Assembly (NCBI GenBank): GCA_963677435.1
Contig: OY781945.1
Location: 2,016,001-2,080,000, forward strand
From: an uncultured Aliarcobacter sp.
GTDB lineage: Bacteria; Campylobacterota; Campylobacteria; Campylobacterales; Arcobacteraceae
DNA: 64,000 nucleotides
Reading direction: 5' to 3'
Shown here: positions 62,682-64,000 of the stretch, in pieces
How the letters are laid out: each line of letters opens with the position of its first letter
How positions within the stretch are numbered: position 1 is the first letter of the stretch
The notes under the pieces: generated by a model
Databases searched by the model: none
Told to the model about the DNA's origin: nothing
What the model saw: the letters and a program-made list of their open reading frames with translations, nothing else
Made by a program: the position numbers and the translations under genes

Positions 62682-63782
62682 TCAAAACTTCCGAATCAAA
62701 TTCTCAAAAACAGCCGTCAACCCCTCAACCTCGTTAACAGTAGTTCTTTCCCCAATACTATGAATAGTATCATTTATAACACCAAACTCGATAGCTTCGA
62801 TTCCAAATGCTCCAAAATATCTGGCGTCACTTGTTCCACCTGCTGTTGAGTGTTTTGTTGTTACTCCTAGAACTTCTTTTATTGAAGTCTCCATTGCACG
62901 AACCACTTTTGATTCTTTGTTTGTTACAAAGGGATATGAGCCTTGTGTTGTTCTTAAACTATAGTTTAGATGTCCGAAGATTTTTTCTATGTAAGCTTCT
63001 ACATCTTCTTTTTTTGTATTTGTTGAATTTCGTACATTAAACATCAAATCAAGTTTATTTGGTGTTACATTTGTTACTTGCATTCCTGCTCTTATATCTG
63101 TAATTACCAGTTTACTTGGGGCAAAATATTCATCTCCATTGTCTAGGTCAAAGCCAGCTATTTTTTCTAAGATTGGAGCTATTTGATGAACTGGATTTAT
63201 TCCTTTTTCTGGATATGCTGCATGTCCTTGTTTTCCTTGGATTGTTAAATATCCATTTATGCTTCCTCGTCTCCCTACTTTGATTGCATCACCAAATACA
63301 ACTTCACAAGTTGGTTCTGCTACAACTGCGTAGTTTGGAATCATATCTATGCTTTTTAGGTGTTCAAGCATTTTAATAGTTCCGTAAGTTCCCTCACCCT
63401 CTTCATCACTTGTCATTAAAATACTTAACATTCCATCAAAATTAACTGCGTGTTTACAAGCATATAAAAAAGCAGCATCTCCACTTTTCATATCTTGAGC
63501 ACCTCTAGCACTTATTACTCCATCAACTACATCAGCAGCAAAAGGGTCGATTGGCCAACCATCACCAACTGGAACTACATCAATGTGTCCGGCAAAACAA
63601 AGATGTTGTGGGCTTTCATTGAATTTTTTATAATAAAATCTATTTTTTACACCTTCCATATCTACTTTTATACAAGTCCAAGTATCACCTAAATACTCTT
63701 CTATAAAATCAAATGCTCCATCATCATGTGGAGTTAGTGATTTGAATCTTAATAATTTTTGAAATAATTCTATAATAGTCAT
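62682..63782 (-). CDS. dapE: Succinyl-diaminopimelate desuccinylase
   Basis: FAGHIDVVP, RGAQDMK, SDEEG, GRRGS, GHAAYP and GGTSDARY motifs. Confidence 0.96.
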   Translation of the reverse strand: MTIIELFQKLLRFKSLTPHDDGAFDFIEEYLGDTWTCIKVDMEGVKNRFYYKKFNESPQHLCFAGHIDVVPVGDGWPIDPFAADVVDGVISARGAQDMKSGDAAFLYACKHAVNFDGMLSILMTSDEEGEGTYGTIKMLEHLKSIDMIPNYAVVAEPTCEVVFGDAIKVGRRGSINGYLTIQGKQGHAAYPEKGINPVHQIAPILEKIAGFDLDNGDEYFAPSKLVITDIRAGMQVTNVTPNKLDLMFNVRNSTNTKKEDVEAYIEKIFGHLNYSLRTTQGSYPFVTNKESKVVRAMETSIKEVLGVTTKHSTAGGTSDARYFGAFGIEAIEFGVINDTIHSIGERTTVNEVEGLTAVFENLIRKF

Positions 63783-63893
63783 TTATATATCCTTTTAGTT
63801 GGGGCAGATTTTAGCTAACTTAACTTTATTTTGTTATAATAAAACAGATTTAAAAAGAATTTATTTTTATTATTTACTCACAAAAGGTCTCAT

Positions 63894-64000
63894 ATGGGAA
63901 AACTAGAAAAATCATTTTATTGGCTTTGTTTCGCACTTACTATTTATATTACAATAGGATTCAAACTTGTTCCAGTTATTTTAAAAGATGAATTAATCAA
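63894..64000 (+). CDS. N-terminal fragment of a membrane-anchored protein (runs off the right edge)
   Basis: ATG 63894 with RBS AAGG gives MGKLEKSFYWLCFALTIYITIGFKLVPVILKDELI. Confidence 0.5.
   Translation, partial: MGKLEKSFYWLCFALTIYITIGFKLVPVILKDELI

Overview
AT-rich chromosomal window whose gene set and order (lolA-secA-lolC/E, mltG-icd, cbpA-hspR, dapE) point to Campylobacterota, most likely Arcobacteraceae (inference, no search run). The housekeeping backbone carries several accessory regions. (i) A tyrosine integrase runs off the left edge just downstream of rnpB. (ii) A 22.4 kb integrative element (23900-46348) sits in the anticodon loop of tRNA-Leu(CAA). It leaves the host tRNA split into two halves and carries its own complete, divergent tRNA-Leu(CAA). 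(iii) Inside that element is a ~14 kb co-directional defence operon: type I R-M, an unknown protein, a Zn-ribbon/class III nucleotide-cyclase-like protein, a TIR protein, an Abi/DRT-type reverse transcriptase, a HEPN-like protein, an MPG-glycosylase-like protein and a Schlafen(AlbA_2)-HATPase protein. (iv) A small TIR/SEFIR plus frameshifted DUF2326 ABC-ATPase islet lies next to dapE. Also notable are a B12 glutamate-mutase operon paired with an atypical adenylating enzyme, and a complete dltC-D-X-B-A operon in a diderm. All protein calls come from motif recognition by eye.
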